From Candidatus Bathyarchaeota archaeon (GTDB lineage: Archaea; Thermoproteota; Bathyarchaeia; Bathyarchaeales; Bathycorpusculaceae): 64,000 nucleotides of DNA. This document shows, one piece after another, positions 1-10,668 of the stretch. The stretch covers positions 96,001 through 160,000 of the forward strand of contig CAVYRJ010000001.1 in the NCBI GenBank assembly GCA_963770935.1, given 5' to 3'. The notes under the pieces are model-generated. The model saw only the letters and a list, made by a program, of their open reading frames with translations. It searched no databases and was not told the origin of the DNA. The first letter of the stretch is position 1, and each line of letters opens with the position of its first letter. The translations under genes and the position numbers were made by a program.

Positions 1-943
1 CGTAGAGAAACCCATCTTTATTCATGGAATACACCATGCCGTAGGCTGTTGCAGTCCCCACACAGAAGTAGCCCTCCTGAGTTTGAGGGTTGAAAGTCCA
101 CAAAGTGTCGCCATTATTTTCGTCAAAACAGTACAAGGTGTTATCATGAGTACCGCCCCTGAAAAACTTGCCTTCATAGTAGGAACCAGAGAATAGCATG
201 GAGCCTTTTGTTTCTCTATCCCAAAGAACCTTGCCCGTTTTAGCGTCAAGAGCTATTTGATGAGGTTCATATGAACCGGCAAACACCTTGCCATTACCAT
301 ATTGGATTCCTGACCCGTTAGATCCACCACCAGGAACGAATGTTCTCCACGCGAGTTTGGGCGGATTCGATGGATCGGAGAAGTCCCACGCTTGAACGTA
401 GGAATCGTCATTTGTGTAAAACATTTTTTCTTCGGGACTGTAAACGTTAGCTGTGAAGAGCGGTCTGGGGGAAGCGGAAAAGATGGGGCTTGTCCACAAT
501 ATTTTGCCAGTATCTATGTCGAGGCTACTGTTGCCTATGACAAGATGTGTTTCATCAATTTTGTAAACTACTGGCCAAGGTCCAGAGTCTGGAACGGTGG
601 TGTTCCATAGGATGTCTCCTGTGTCTTTATCCATGGCGATTACCATGGTTTTTGTAGTGACGAAGACTTTGCCATTGAATGCTGATATGTAGCTTTGTAT
701 GCCCGGTATATTAGTTGTCCATAAGCTGTCAGGTGATTGAGGTGCGGGTCCTGCTGAGAAACGAGTGAAAGAGGAGTCGCCTTGTGGCTGGGGCCACTCA
801 AACTGGAGCAGAGAATTGTCACTTGTTCCAGAGTTGTTGCCTTCTGAATTATTCATGCGCAAAACGCTTAAAATAATGGAACTAGACAAAATAATAAGCA
901 AAGCCAAGATTATTACTATATAGAGGTACTTTGAAATTCTCAT
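1..943 (-). CDS. Secreted PQQ-binding-like beta-propeller repeat protein, 5' part (frameshifted; runs off the left edge)
   Basis: Manual translation from the ATG at 943 (GGTGG RBS upstream) gives MRISKYLYIVIILALLIILSSSIIL (signal/TM), then ...LLQFEW...QGDSSFTRFSAGPAP... Further fragments in other frames give LAWRTFVPGGG and YGNGKVFAGS. Several indels break the frame. Confidence 0.7.
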   Translation of the reverse strand, partial: MRISKYLYIVIILALLIILSSSIILSVLRMNNSEGNNSGTSDNSLLQFEWPQPQGDSSFTRFSAGPAPQSPDSLWTTNIPGIQSYISAFNGKVFVTTKTMVIAMDKDTGDILWNTTVPDSGPWPVVYKIDETHLVIGNSSLDIDTGKILWTSPIFSASPRPLFTANVYSPEEKMFYTNDDSYVQAWDFSDPSNPPKLAWRTFVPGGGSNGSGIQYGNGKVFAGSYEPHQIALDAKTGKVLWDRETKGSMLFSGSYYEGKFFRGGTHDNTLYCFDENNGDTLWTFNPQTQEGYFCVGTATAYGMVYSMNKDGFLY

Positions 944-1021
944 TGTTCCACCTTAAGGATTGGCAAAAGGGTAGAGCCATTAGCCATACTTACCCTCCTC
1001 TTGGCACTAATGCTTATGTTG

Positions 1022-1041
1022 AACTATAAAACTTTGTGGAA
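1022..1041 (-). promoter_or_regulatory. Putative BRE-TATA promoter of the left propeller gene
   Basis: The minus strand reads TTCCACAAAG-TTTTATAGTT about 80 nt upstream of the ATG. A near-identical element precedes the second propeller gene. Confidence 0.5.
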
Positions 1042-1280
1042 AACAATCAATACTAAAAATTTTCGGCCAAGTAACTATTTTAATGATAGTTTAATGCGTT
1101 AGACCCCTTCTGTGAACTACGTGAAAATGGCAGCCTTAGAAGAAGCAGAGCGTTGACTGCCAGTTATTCTGCAGAAATATTTAAAGGAACGGATTTAGGA
1201 TGCATCGCAAAATCTTTTTTAGTGCGAGAATTATAGGTAAGAGAAAGATGGGAATCAGGTAGCTAAATGGGGGTTTTGGT

Positions 1281-2354
1281 TTGGAGAATAAGGGTCCTTT
1301 GCTTATGACTTCTTGGAGATCAACTGGTGCCTGTAATGCACGCTGTGCATACTGTAATGTTGATGCAACGTGTAAACATGCTGATAGAGAATTAACTACA
1401 AAAGAAGCCTTTGCTTTGGTGGATGAAATCCACAGTTTCGGTGTCAGGTGGTTCGGGATAAAGGGCGGTGAACCCCTGATGCGTAAAGACATTTTTGAAA
1501 TAGTGAAATATGCAAAAAGCTTAGGGCTCAACGTGTGCCTTCTAACTAACGGATGCTTCGTTGACGGAGAAATCTACGATAACCTAGTAAAAAACCAGGT
1601 TTGGACATCGGTGAGCATAGATGGACCAGAAGAAATAAATGATCAACTGCGAGGAAAAGGCTCCTACAAAAAAGCGTTGGCAGCTATTGAAAAATTGTCT
1701 GCTGGCAAAATCCTCAACGGTTTAGCAGCGGCAATCACAACCATAAACTACAAGCATCTAGACCATGTTGCGGAGTTAGCTGACAAATACCATGCCAACT
1801 TTGTTTGGTACAACCATTTGGTTCCAAGCGGAAGAGCAAAAGAAACAATGGATTTAACTCCGACTCCTGAACAGTACGAGTGGGTCCTAAACCACATCTG
1901 GGATTTAACTCAAAAATACGAAGGGAAATTTGAAATTCATGTTCACTGTCCACACTACGCCCGTGTAGTCAAACAAAGAAACCCCAAGAATTTTGATGAG
2001 TGGTACGAACACAAGTTTCATGGAAAATGCACTTACTTCGCCTTCGGCGGCTATCTCAGTGTAACCGAAAACGGTAATTTGATTCCATGCTTTTACACCG
2101 ATCTGCGTCCTTCAGAACCAATGATGCTTGGGAACATAAGAGAAAAATCTCTTAGAAAAGCATGGGAGGAAGTACAGAAATCTGAATACTACAGCAGCTT
2201 TAAGGAACGAAACGTGTTAAAAGGAAAATGTGGAGTTTGCGAATACCGTGAGCTATGTGGAGGCTGCAGAAATAGAGCTTTTGCATACACGGGAGACATA
2301 TATGAATCGGATCCAGCTTGCATTTATATTCCGAAAAGCTTACGTAAAAAATAG
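1281..2354 (+). CDS. Radical SAM protein with SPASM domain (PqqE/NirJ/AhbC-D-like superfamily)
   Basis: CNARCAYC and GGEP motifs; C-terminal GKCGVCEYRELCGGCR...TGD...DPAC SPASM signature. Confidence 0.9.
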   Translation: MENKGPLLMTSWRSTGACNARCAYCNVDATCKHADRELTTKEAFALVDEIHSFGVRWFGIKGGEPLMRKDIFEIVKYAKSLGLNVCLLTNGCFVDGEIYDNLVKNQVWTSVSIDGPEEINDQLRGKGSYKKALAAIEKLSAGKILNGLAAAITTINYKHLDHVAELADKYHANFVWYNHLVPSGRAKETMDLTPTPEQYEWVLNHIWDLTQKYEGKFEIHVHCPHYARVVKQRNPKNFDEWYEHKFHGKCTYFAFGGYLSVTENGNLIPCFYTDLRPSEPMMLGNIREKSLRKAWEEVQKSEYYSSFKERNVLKGKCGVCEYRELCGGCRNRAFAYTGDIYESDPACIYIPKSLRKK

Positions 2355-2404
2355 ATGGGCATCTATCGAGCCCTTTCACTTACATAATCATTAGTTAGGG
2401 CGCA

Positions 2405-3808
2405 TTGAAGATGAAAAAGAAAATTGCACTAGTAAATACACCATTCATAGAAGTAAAGGATAACCATCCACTTCTTCCGCCATTGGGCTTGACTTATTTA
2501 GCAGCCGCTCTTGAACAAGATAACCATGAAATAAAGATAATAGATTGCCCAGCAAGTAATTTTTCCCATGAAAAATTGAAAGAAGAACTCTCCTCTTTTT
2601 CTCCCGACATAGTAGGCATCACATCTTTGACACCTACCATAGATTCTGCTTTCCACTCTGCACGTGCTGCAAAAGAAGCAGCACCAAATGCCCAGGTCAT
2701 TTTGGGAGGTCCACATGCCACTTTTTTAGATAAAGAAGTTTTAAGTCAAGAAGCTGCCATTGACATGGTTGTAAGGGGAGAAGGCGAACAAACCCTAAAA
2801 GAAATCGCCCAAGGCTCAAACAATGCAAATACTCTTGGCAACGTTTCTGGAATCACTTTTAGGAATGAAAACGGACAGATTTTGCAGACTCCTAATCGAG
2901 CTTTTATTAAGAACCTAGATGACCTTCCGCGTCCAGCATACAAATATCTTAACTTAGAGGATTACAGGCTTTTTGGGAAACTCCACATGCCAATCATGGC
3001 AAGTCGAGGCTGCCTATATCAATGCTCTTTTTGTGTTTCCTCTCAAATGTGGGGCGGAAGATATAGGACAAGAACGCCAAAGAGTGTTGCCGATGAACTT
3101 GAATGGCTTAGAGATGAACATGGTGCCGACGGAGTCCAGTTCCATGACGACATTTTGACGCCTGAAGTAAAGAGGATAACTGAAATCTGTGATGAAATCA
3201 TTAAAAGAAAGATAAATGTCCCGTGGGGTTGTCAAGCAAGAGTTGATCAAATTTCTAAAGAGGTTCTGGTAAAGTTACGTAAAGCGGGTTGTAATGAGGT
3301 TTCATACGGAATTGAGTCGGGATGCCAGAAAATTTTGGATGCCGTTAAGAAGAAGACATCGACAGAGCAGAATGAGAAAGCTATCAAAATGGCTAAGGAG
3401 GCAGGGATATTTGTTGCTGTTACGGCATTGATTGGATATCCGGGTGAAACCAAAGAGAACGTTAAGGAAACTCTTGATTTGTTGAGAAGAGCTGAGCCTG
3501 ATGATATTTGGCTATGTATAGCAACGCCGTATCCTGGCACTGAATTGCGCGGGTTATTAGATAATTTGGGTTGGAAGGTTTCAGACAATTGGAGCTTGTA
3601 TGATACGATGCATTCAGTTTTTGAAAATCCTCTGTTGTCTGGAGATGACTTAAAGCAGATTAGGAAGGATTTTTATAATGGCTTCTACAGCCCTGGGTAT
3701 GTTCTTCGTCAAACTGTAAAAGGATACATCAAGGGCAACTATTTCAGTCAAATCATGGCTAGAACAGCATTGAATCATTTGTTGTGGAGAGTCAGGTCAA
3801 GTTTCTAA
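2405..3808 (+). CDS. B12-binding domain radical SAM protein (class B methyltransferase-like)
   Basis: N-terminal PPLGLTYLAA / GGPHAT / VVRGEGE cobalamin-binding domain, then SRGCLYQCSFC, HDD, GIESG and TPYPGT. The start may be the ATG at 2411. Confidence 0.9.
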   Translation: MKMKKKIALVNTPFIEVKDNHPLLPPLGLTYLAAALEQDNHEIKIIDCPASNFSHEKLKEELSSFSPDIVGITSLTPTIDSAFHSARAAKEAAPNAQVILGGPHATFLDKEVLSQEAAIDMVVRGEGEQTLKEIAQGSNNANTLGNVSGITFRNENGQILQTPNRAFIKNLDDLPRPAYKYLNLEDYRLFGKLHMPIMASRGCLYQCSFCVSSQMWGGRYRTRTPKSVADELEWLRDEHGADGVQFHDDILTPEVKRITEICDEIIKRKINVPWGCQARVDQISKEVLVKLRKAGCNEVSYGIESGCQKILDAVKKKTSTEQNEKAIKMAKEAGIFVAVTALIGYPGETKENVKETLDLLRRAEPDDIWLCIATPYPGTELRGLLDNLGWKVSDNWSLYDTMHSVFENPLLSGDDLKQIRKDFYNGFYSPGYVLRQTVKGYIKGNYFSQIMARTALNHLLWRVRSSF

Positions 3809-3946
3809 TATAAAGTAGAACTGTTTCTCGCTCCTTTTCTTTGCACAGTCTCTCTTTCATATATTGCCAGGACGCAAGAATAATTGAAGAATTTGTTTGA
3901 TACTATATATCTATGGATAGAGGTTAATTCAGTCATTCGAGTTTCT

Positions 3947-3966
3947 GTAGTAGTAGTAGTAGTAGT
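3947..3966. repeat. (GTA)6 microsatellite
   Basis: gtagtagtagtagtagtagt lies in the convergent intergenic gap. Confidence 0.8.
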
Positions 3967-4032
3967 TCTTTGTTAAGACAGCAAGAATATACAAAAAATA
4001 AAAAAGGAAGTTGGCTATTTTTGAGAGCTTTC

Positions 4033-6755
4033 TTATGGGTGTTTTCTAAGCAAAAGCAATACGATTACGGCGCCGACTATGATTATTGTGATGATTACAC
4101 CGATTATTCCTGGAATCAAGTACATGTCGGCTATGGATTGTGGTGCGGGCGTTGGTGCGTTTGTTAGATTGTGGTGCTTGACCCACTGTTAAGTAGGTTG
4201 AAGAAGCAGAGGGACCATAGGAGTTGGATCCTGCGAAGTTGGCGAAGATTTGGTATGTGCCGGGGACTTCTGGAGTAAATGATAAGCCATAGTTGCCGTA
4301 CACGTCGCTGGTAGCGTTGCCTACGGTGACTAAGTTGCCGTTTGGATCAATTGCGCTTAACGTAACTTCTACGCCTTTAGCGTTTGTGGGCATCGGTCTT
4401 TGATGGAACATGTATTCCATCCATGCGTCCATGTCGTTATCCGATATTGCTGGTGTTCCCTTGAGTGCTACATCTAAATTGCCGTTGATATCATGTCTGC
4501 CGGATTGAGACTGGTCAGTTACGGTTCCTGTGAGTGTTACGCTGGATCCTAGTGCTGGGACAATCTGTGGTGCCGAAACTGTAGTGGCGCTCGGACCTTT
4601 GCCAAGGCAGTAGATTTGGTTGTCATGGTTGTCAAGGTACATGATGCGACCTTCAGAGATAATGACCTTCGAGAGTGCGTTGTTGGCTGTATTGGGGTAG
4701 GCGGTTAATCGCCACACTAAATCGCCGGTATTTGTGTCGACACAGAAGATGGCTCCGTCACGTCTAATCGGGGAACTTTCACCTGCCCATCCAGTTGACC
4801 CGTGAAGGTAGAGCAGTTCGCGTCCAGATGGATCGTTTATGAAGAAAGCTAAACTGAGTGGCGTATGTTCCAATCCCTGTGTCTCAAGGTAACCCAGTGA
4901 TGGGGCTGTGAAGTTCCATAAGAATTCGCCTGTATTGACATCTAAGCAGTCCAGTACTCCATAAGAGCCAATTGTGTATGCTTTGCCGTTGCTGACTGTA
5001 ATACCCATCCCGTATGATGCAAATTGTGCGGTTACTTGATAGGTCCATAGTTGTGTTCCTGTTTCTATGCTGTACATCCAGATTTTTCCAGTATTTCGCT
5101 CGGTAAACCAGAAGACACCGTCTTTTGCAGATACTCCAAGTGAGACTCCACCGTTTGCTGTTGAGTTAGGATAGTCGTCTGATGCTTTGGGCGCGTCAAA
5201 GGTTTTATCCCACAGCGGGGTTCCCCATTCGCCTTGTTTTAGGCTAATAGCTCTTAGGAAACCTGGAACATTTCCTCTGGCGTCGTTTCGTCCTGCTGTT
5301 CCTACTACTACATACTGGTCAGGCACTATATCTCGGATTGTACCGGTTTCATTTAGGATTGAATTGCGTGGACCAAATATGCTTGCAACTGAAAGGTTCA
5401 TTGTGTACCCGTTTAAACCGTTGTAGACAGCACCGTTTTGAGCTGTTGACATGCTGACGGTTGTTGCTCCTGGTCTCCAGAACCAATAAGAATTGTCAGA
5501 TGTGGTTGTCGGGACGTTAGTAGTTCCGTTAATGAGTGTTGCAGGGGGGGCAATTCCGTATGAGGGCCGCCACCAGATAGCTTGTGTGGTGTTCCAGATC
5601 TGCAAATAATAGTTTGGGGCAGTAGCACTTCCAAGATTGTTGAAGTTGATGTAGCATATGCTTCCGATTGAGTCTCTAAATTGTGTGCCAGTTGTGGATA
5701 CGTTAGCTATTTTGCATATGGATTTTCCGGTGAATGCATCAAGCATTTCCCACATTGTTCCGTTGACTCCGCCAGGGTTAGTTATAGCAACGCCAGAGGT
5801 CCTCCAAAGATATGAGAAGCCTCCGTGCTGATTGGGCGAGTCATAGTTAAGGACTTGACCTAATGTGGGCATCGCAGCATCACCTAGCGTGTTGTTTTCG
5901 TAATATATGGTTTCACCTGTGTAGATATCAATGCAGTAATAACCGTATCTTGGGGGGTTCTGTATAGAATAGTAGGCTTTGCCTTCAAGAACCAATATTG
6001 GACTAGAGAAGCCCTCGTATGCAATTCCGTTGTAGAATCCTGTGTCAACATAACCACCCATGACACCTCCAAGCCAGTATGAACGGGTCCAGAGGACGTG
6101 GCTGCTTTGTGGACCTGCAGTGTTCGGGATTCCTTTTGACCTCAACGATTCAAAATAGGGTCCACCTAACCATTGTCCCATTACGGTCATTCCCCATCCT
6201 TTGTTAGTATCATAAACTGGACGAGTCCAGTAGTCGTTAGGAAGGGGAGTTTCAGCGTATCCCGGTATTGGGTCTTGCTGCACAGTGAAAGTATTTGGTT
6301 TGCTTATACTTGGTGCATAAGTATCATTGACGGCAACATTGTTTGTTTGACCAGGGACACCTGTTAGAGTTTTCCCAATGAAGCGAGAAACGATTGTATA
6401 TACTCCGGTTTCGGTTGGTGTGTACCATTGGATCGCTGATCCGACTGGATCAGATGTAATTGGACCGATTGTTTCGTTGGTTCCATCAGGCTTCATTATG
6501 TCTAAGTAGAAAGTCCATCTGTCACCCATGGCGCCACTTGCTGTCGGCGGATACGCATTTAGCCACATTAACAGCAGTACTTGTTGTCCCACTCCTACTA
6601 CTGGCTCATTGGGTTGGATGTAGCAGTAATGTTGTCATGTTATATGGATTTGGACGCGCGTCAGCGGTTTGTGTTGTTAACAATGCGAGAGAAATAGTCA
6701 ATATTGTAATCAAAGCAATCGAAATGGCTTTATTTTTATTTAATATTTTTTGCAT
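4033..6755 (-). CDS. Large secreted, C-terminally membrane-anchored PQQ-binding-like beta-propeller protein (two frameshifts)
   Basis: Signal peptide MQKILNKNKAISIALITILTISLALLTTQTADA starts at 6755. The body ORF (4046-6592) has repeated xD/ExxTGxxxW propeller motifs and an Ig-like C-terminal part. The TM anchor IITIIIVGAVIVLLLLRKHP* is in another frame ending at 4033. Confidence 0.8.
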
Positions 6756-6840
6756 TTTTCTTTCCTCTATTTCAGATTTTGCGTTTGACAAGACTATGCT
6801 AAATTTATCTTGCCAAACTGCTAAGTAGGGTTCGTTATTT

Positions 6841-6862
6841 AACTTAAATAACTTTTGTGGAA
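6841..6862 (-). promoter_or_regulatory. Putative BRE-TATA promoter of the second propeller gene
   Basis: The minus strand reads TTCCACAAAAG-TTATTTAAGTT, matching 1022-1041. Confidence 0.5.
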
Positions 6863-7035
6863 TTAAAAGTGAGAATAAAAAAGTCAAAACCGCTCTTAAT
6901 GGAAGTATAAGATACTCAACTCAGATAGTTTCAAATTATTCCACATTTACTAATGCGACTCAATTATAGCTTCTTTACGGAAACTTTATTATGTAATCGA
7001 GTGGTTTTTAACGTTAAATTAAAGGGGAACAATTA

Positions 7036-8331
7036 ATGACAAAAGCAACTGCCCAAGAGAAAAGCAAGTCAAACGCTTATGAATCACGGGAAAATTGGCC
7101 ACCCTATACTTACAGAGATTATCCAGACATAAAACCTGAAACATACGAGGCTTTTCTGAAGTTTTTGGACACTGAAAACACTTCAGGTAGACTGATGGAG
7201 TTGCAACCATGGATATCCGTTTGCGATTCAAAATGTGCTTTTTGCTATTTTCCAACCGCGCCAACAAACAAGGTGCAAATAGAACACTATCTTGAATTGC
7301 TAAAGAAAGAACTGGATATGTATGCGAAAACGCGGTACGTGAAGACAAGTGTGTTCGACGAGATAGTTCTCGGCGGAGGAACACCAAGCGTCTTGACAGC
7401 CGAGCAGATGATTGACCTCATAGACTTCTGCAAGGAACGTTTCAACACTAACAAAGAATACTTCATTAAAGTCACTGGTTCCTCGAAAACTTTGGCATTG
7501 CCAAAAATCGACAAACTCGCCGCCTACGGCGTTTACCAAATGGACATGGGCGCACAAACCTTCGACGACAAAATCCGAAAAATGCTGTGTTTACCTGATA
7601 GTGCCGCTGATGTGGAAAAAGCAATACGCCACGCTCGGAAACTGGGCTTATGCGTTTGTGTGGACCTTATGTATAATCTTCCAGGGCAAACGATGGAGAG
7701 TTGGGTAAACACACTTAAAAAAGCCATCGAGTTAGACGTTGAGATCGACGCTTATTCATTGCATGTTGATCCGGGAACTGCACTTGAGAAGATGATTAAG
7801 ACAGGTAAGTCGCCACCTGTTGGAGATGCTGAGTTTGAGAAGCAAATGTATCTAGCAGCCTACAACATGCTAACTGAAGCAGGCTATAAGGCAGTGGGTC
7901 ACGACCGCTATAGCCGCGTAGAGTGGCACATGCGTGAAAACTGCCTCAACGGCTGGCCATGGGGAGGAATACTAACCACTGGAGCAGGCTGCTTTATGGG
8001 TTATTTACAACGGTTTAGCTACAGCAACATCGAAAACATCGATGAATACATGAAGACGGTAAGCGCCGGAAAACTTCCAATCCAAAGACTCTCAGAGTCC
8101 ACCGACGACGAAATGATGCGAAGAGAAATGAGCAGACTTTACTTGCGTTTGCCTGTAAGCAAGAAGGAGTTTCTGGAGAAATTCGGCAAACTGCCAGAAG
8201 ACGTATTTCCTCAACAACTAAAAAATCTCAAAACAAAGGGACTAATCGAGATAGATGACAAAGAAGTTAGACTGACGAAGCAGGGCGAGGTCTGGAAAGG
8301 CAATATAGCATGGGAATTCGCTCAAAAATAA
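7036..8331 (+). CDS. HemN-like (class C) radical SAM protein
   Basis: CDSKCAFC, GGGTPS, GAQTF and DLMYNLPGQT motifs; HemN-type C-terminus (GLIEIDDKEVRLTKQG). Confidence 0.85.
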   Translation: MTKATAQEKSKSNAYESRENWPPYTYRDYPDIKPETYEAFLKFLDTENTSGRLMELQPWISVCDSKCAFCYFPTAPTNKVQIEHYLELLKKELDMYAKTRYVKTSVFDEIVLGGGTPSVLTAEQMIDLIDFCKERFNTNKEYFIKVTGSSKTLALPKIDKLAAYGVYQMDMGAQTFDDKIRKMLCLPDSAADVEKAIRHARKLGLCVCVDLMYNLPGQTMESWVNTLKKAIELDVEIDAYSLHVDPGTALEKMIKTGKSPPVGDAEFEKQMYLAAYNMLTEAGYKAVGHDRYSRVEWHMRENCLNGWPWGGILTTGAGCFMGYLQRFSYSNIENIDEYMKTVSAGKLPIQRLSESTDDEMMRREMSRLYLRLPVSKKEFLEKFGKLPEDVFPQQLKNLKTKGLIEIDDKEVRLTKQGEVWKGNIAWEFAQK

Positions 8332-8508
8332 TCAGCGGCTAAACGGGACAGGAATCAACGTTCCATACGGAATGCAGCCCTTCCGCTTTGTGAGCAAAAT
8401 AAGAAATTTGCACTCTATTTTGAATAAAGATACTAATGGCAATTGAACAGACACTATCAAATATAAGCTCTATTTTTAGCCTTTAAAATAAAAAAGAAAG
8501 GGAAGAGG

Positions 8509-9168
8509 TTATGGGTGGTAGCCCAATTCAGACGCGCCACTAATTCTGGCGATGAAGGGCACTATTATTCCCAAGATTATCAAAGGCAACAACGTCTGCC
8601 AAAGAGCGGTCAACGGGTCTGCCTGAGTCATCCAAGCGGATGCTGAGACGGTATAGTTGAGGATGAACTGGAATATACCAACTGCAAGACAAGCCGTCAT
8701 ACCTGAAGCAAGCATTCTCTTGATTCGCATTGATTTCTCGTTTAGAGATCCCGCCATGTATCCAATTAGAATGCCGCCTACAATGTAACCGCCAATGAAA
8801 CTGGGGTCAGCATACGGGTTAATGTTCAATCCGTAGTTAATGAGGGAGTATTGGACGTTGTATCCAGCGAAGGCAACGTAATACAATGTACCCATTATAA
8901 ATCCGGCAGCGCCGCCAGCATATTTATTCCATGTCAAGCCTAAGAAGAGCGGAATTCCAAAAACTACCATCAGAGCAAGACCGTGTGTGAAAATGACTGT
9001 CACAAACGCAAGTGGCGAACCAGCTGAATCCATCGATGGCGGTGGGAAAGCTGAATCAAGTATTGGTCTAAGTACTGCTGGGAAAATCACTATCACTATG
9101 CCGATTATCACTGGTATAATTATGCCCCAAAGAATAGTACTAAGTTTAACTTTTCCCGGTTCTGTCAA
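8509..9168 (-). CDS. Uncharacterised multi-pass membrane protein
   Basis: 219 aa with about 6 hydrophobic Gly-rich segments; downstream of and co-directional with rnfDC. Confidence 0.75.
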   Translation of the reverse strand: MTEPGKVKLSTILWGIIIPVIIGIVIVIFPAVLRPILDSAFPPPSMDSAGSPLAFVTVIFTHGLALMVVFGIPLFLGLTWNKYAGGAAGFIMGTLYYVAFAGYNVQYSLINYGLNINPYADPSFIGGYIVGGILIGYMAGSLNEKSMRIKRMLASGMTACLAVGIFQFILNYTVSASAWMTQADPLTALWQTLLPLIILGIIVPFIARISGASELGYHP

Positions 9169-9369
9169 TTTTTATCCCTTGACTTATTTTACATTGTGGC
9201 ATGTTTATAAGCTTAATGCTTACAAGCTTGTTACCTAAAAAATTTTACGTTAAAAAAATAGAACTTTAGCAACATGTGAGAGCTAAAATTAGTTAGCAAA
9301 TCTATAAAACAAAAATAATAACAAAAGAAAAGGGTTGGGAAATTTGAAGTTTTATTTCTGTTTTTTATT

Positions 9370-10668
9370 TCAGTGGCGTGAGGCGCAGATGATTCCGCTT
9401 AGGGGCAGTCTTGATGGACAAACGTACGAGCATGTTCCGCAGGCGATGCAGTCTTTAACCCAGAGTTTTTCGGCTTTCTCTATGTCGCCTTTCATGATGG
9501 CATTGTAAATCATAATGGGGTGTAAACGTACTGGGCATGAGGAGATGCATTTTGAGCAGTGAATGCAAGCTGTTTGTGGTTCTTCAGGTTTGTATTTGCT
9601 TTTGGAGAACACAAGAATACTTGATGTTCTCTTGGTTACTGGAGCATCGATTGTTTGGATAGAGTTTCCCATCATGACTCCGCCGACGACGACTTGTCGG
9701 ATATCGTTTGTGTCTACTTTGTACTGTGCGAGTATGTCTTTTACTGGAGTGCCAATTTTCACGAGTATATTCTTGGGTTCGGGAACATCACCGTTCAATG
9801 TCGTGACCCTAGATATTAGGGGTTCACCTTCGAAGACAGCGTTAGCAATTGCGTTTATTGTTGCAACATTCTGCACTATGGTGCCCATTTCGTATGAACG
9901 TTTGCCAGGGGGTGTTTCGTAATTCAAGATTGCTTTTTGCAGTACACTTGCGTCTCCTTGCTGATAGGTAAGATGTTTAACTACGACTTCTGTGTCTGGT
10001 TCTTGGCCAAAGGCTTCTTGTAGTTTAGGAGCAGCTTCCACTTTGCTCGTTTTGGTTGCAACAATAACTTTTGGGTTTCCTAAGATTTTCCGAAGAACTC
10101 TTACTCCGCGTACCAAGTTCGCCGTTTTTTCAATCATTAATCGCTCGTCTGCAGTATCAAAGGGCTCTCCTTCCGCCGCATTTACAATGAGGGTTTTTAT
10201 TGTTGTGCCTTTAGGTACAGAAAGTTTAATGCTGGTTGGGAAGCCAGCGCCTCCTAAACCGATAATGCCTGCTTCGCGGATCCGAAGAAGAAGCTCATCA
10301 ATGGAGATGTCTTTGAGTTCTGCCTCAGATATGGGAGTTAGCGCTTTGTCTTTTGTGTTCTTTCCATCGTTTTCAATCCAGATGGCTTCTGAGCATTCTG
10401 CATAGCAACTGTTGTATATGTCACCAATTTTTATGACCTTCCCGGAGATTGGGCTGTGGACTGGTGCACTAACACGTTCTTTTGCATCTGCAATTTTCTG
10501 CCCTACATCTACACTATCACCGACTGAGACTACGGGTTTGTTTGGTGCTCCGGTGTGTTGATAAGTTAAGACTAAGGCAGTTTTTGGATCAGGGAAAACT
10601 TCAATAGGTGTTATTCTTGCTTTGTCTTTGTGTTCTTTTATTTCAACGAGGTTTGCCATTTTGTTCAT
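9370..10668 (-). CDS. rnfC: RnfC-like electron transport subunit
   Basis: QHTGAP...VGQKIA...PVHSPISG, GIIGLGGAGFPT, NAAEGEP and GGVMMG motifs; two 4Fe-4S motifs (CIHCSKCISSCP, CIACGTCSYVCP). The start is probably the ATG at 10659. Confidence 0.9.
   Translation of the reverse strand: MNKMANLVEIKEHKDKARITPIEVFPDPKTALVLTYQHTGAPNKPVVSVGDSVDVGQKIADAKERVSAPVHSPISGKVIKIGDIYNSCYAECSEAIWIENDGKNTKDKALTPISEAELKDISIDELLLRIREAGIIGLGGAGFPTSIKLSVPKGTTIKTLIVNAAEGEPFDTADERLMIEKTANLVRGVRVLRKILGNPKVIVATKTSKVEAAPKLQEAFGQEPDTEVVVKHLTYQQGDASVLQKAILNYETPPGKRSYEMGTIVQNVATINAIANAVFEGEPLISRVTTLNGDVPEPKNILVKIGTPVKDILAQYKVDTNDIRQVVVGGVMMGNSIQTIDAPVTKRTSSILVFSKSKYKPEEPQTACIHCSKCISSCPVRLHPIMIYNAIMKGDIEKAEKLWVKDCIACGTCSYVCPSRLPLSGIICASRH

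Noticed and set aside
1281-2354. Naming the SPASM enzymes pqqE, ahbD or nirJ
   Set aside because: The motifs are shared across the SPASM superfamily, and no diagnostic partner genes are present.
4046-4175. Basic/His-rich C-terminus of the 848-aa ORF
   Set aside because: It is an out-of-frame artefact; the true TM anchor is in another frame ending at 4033.
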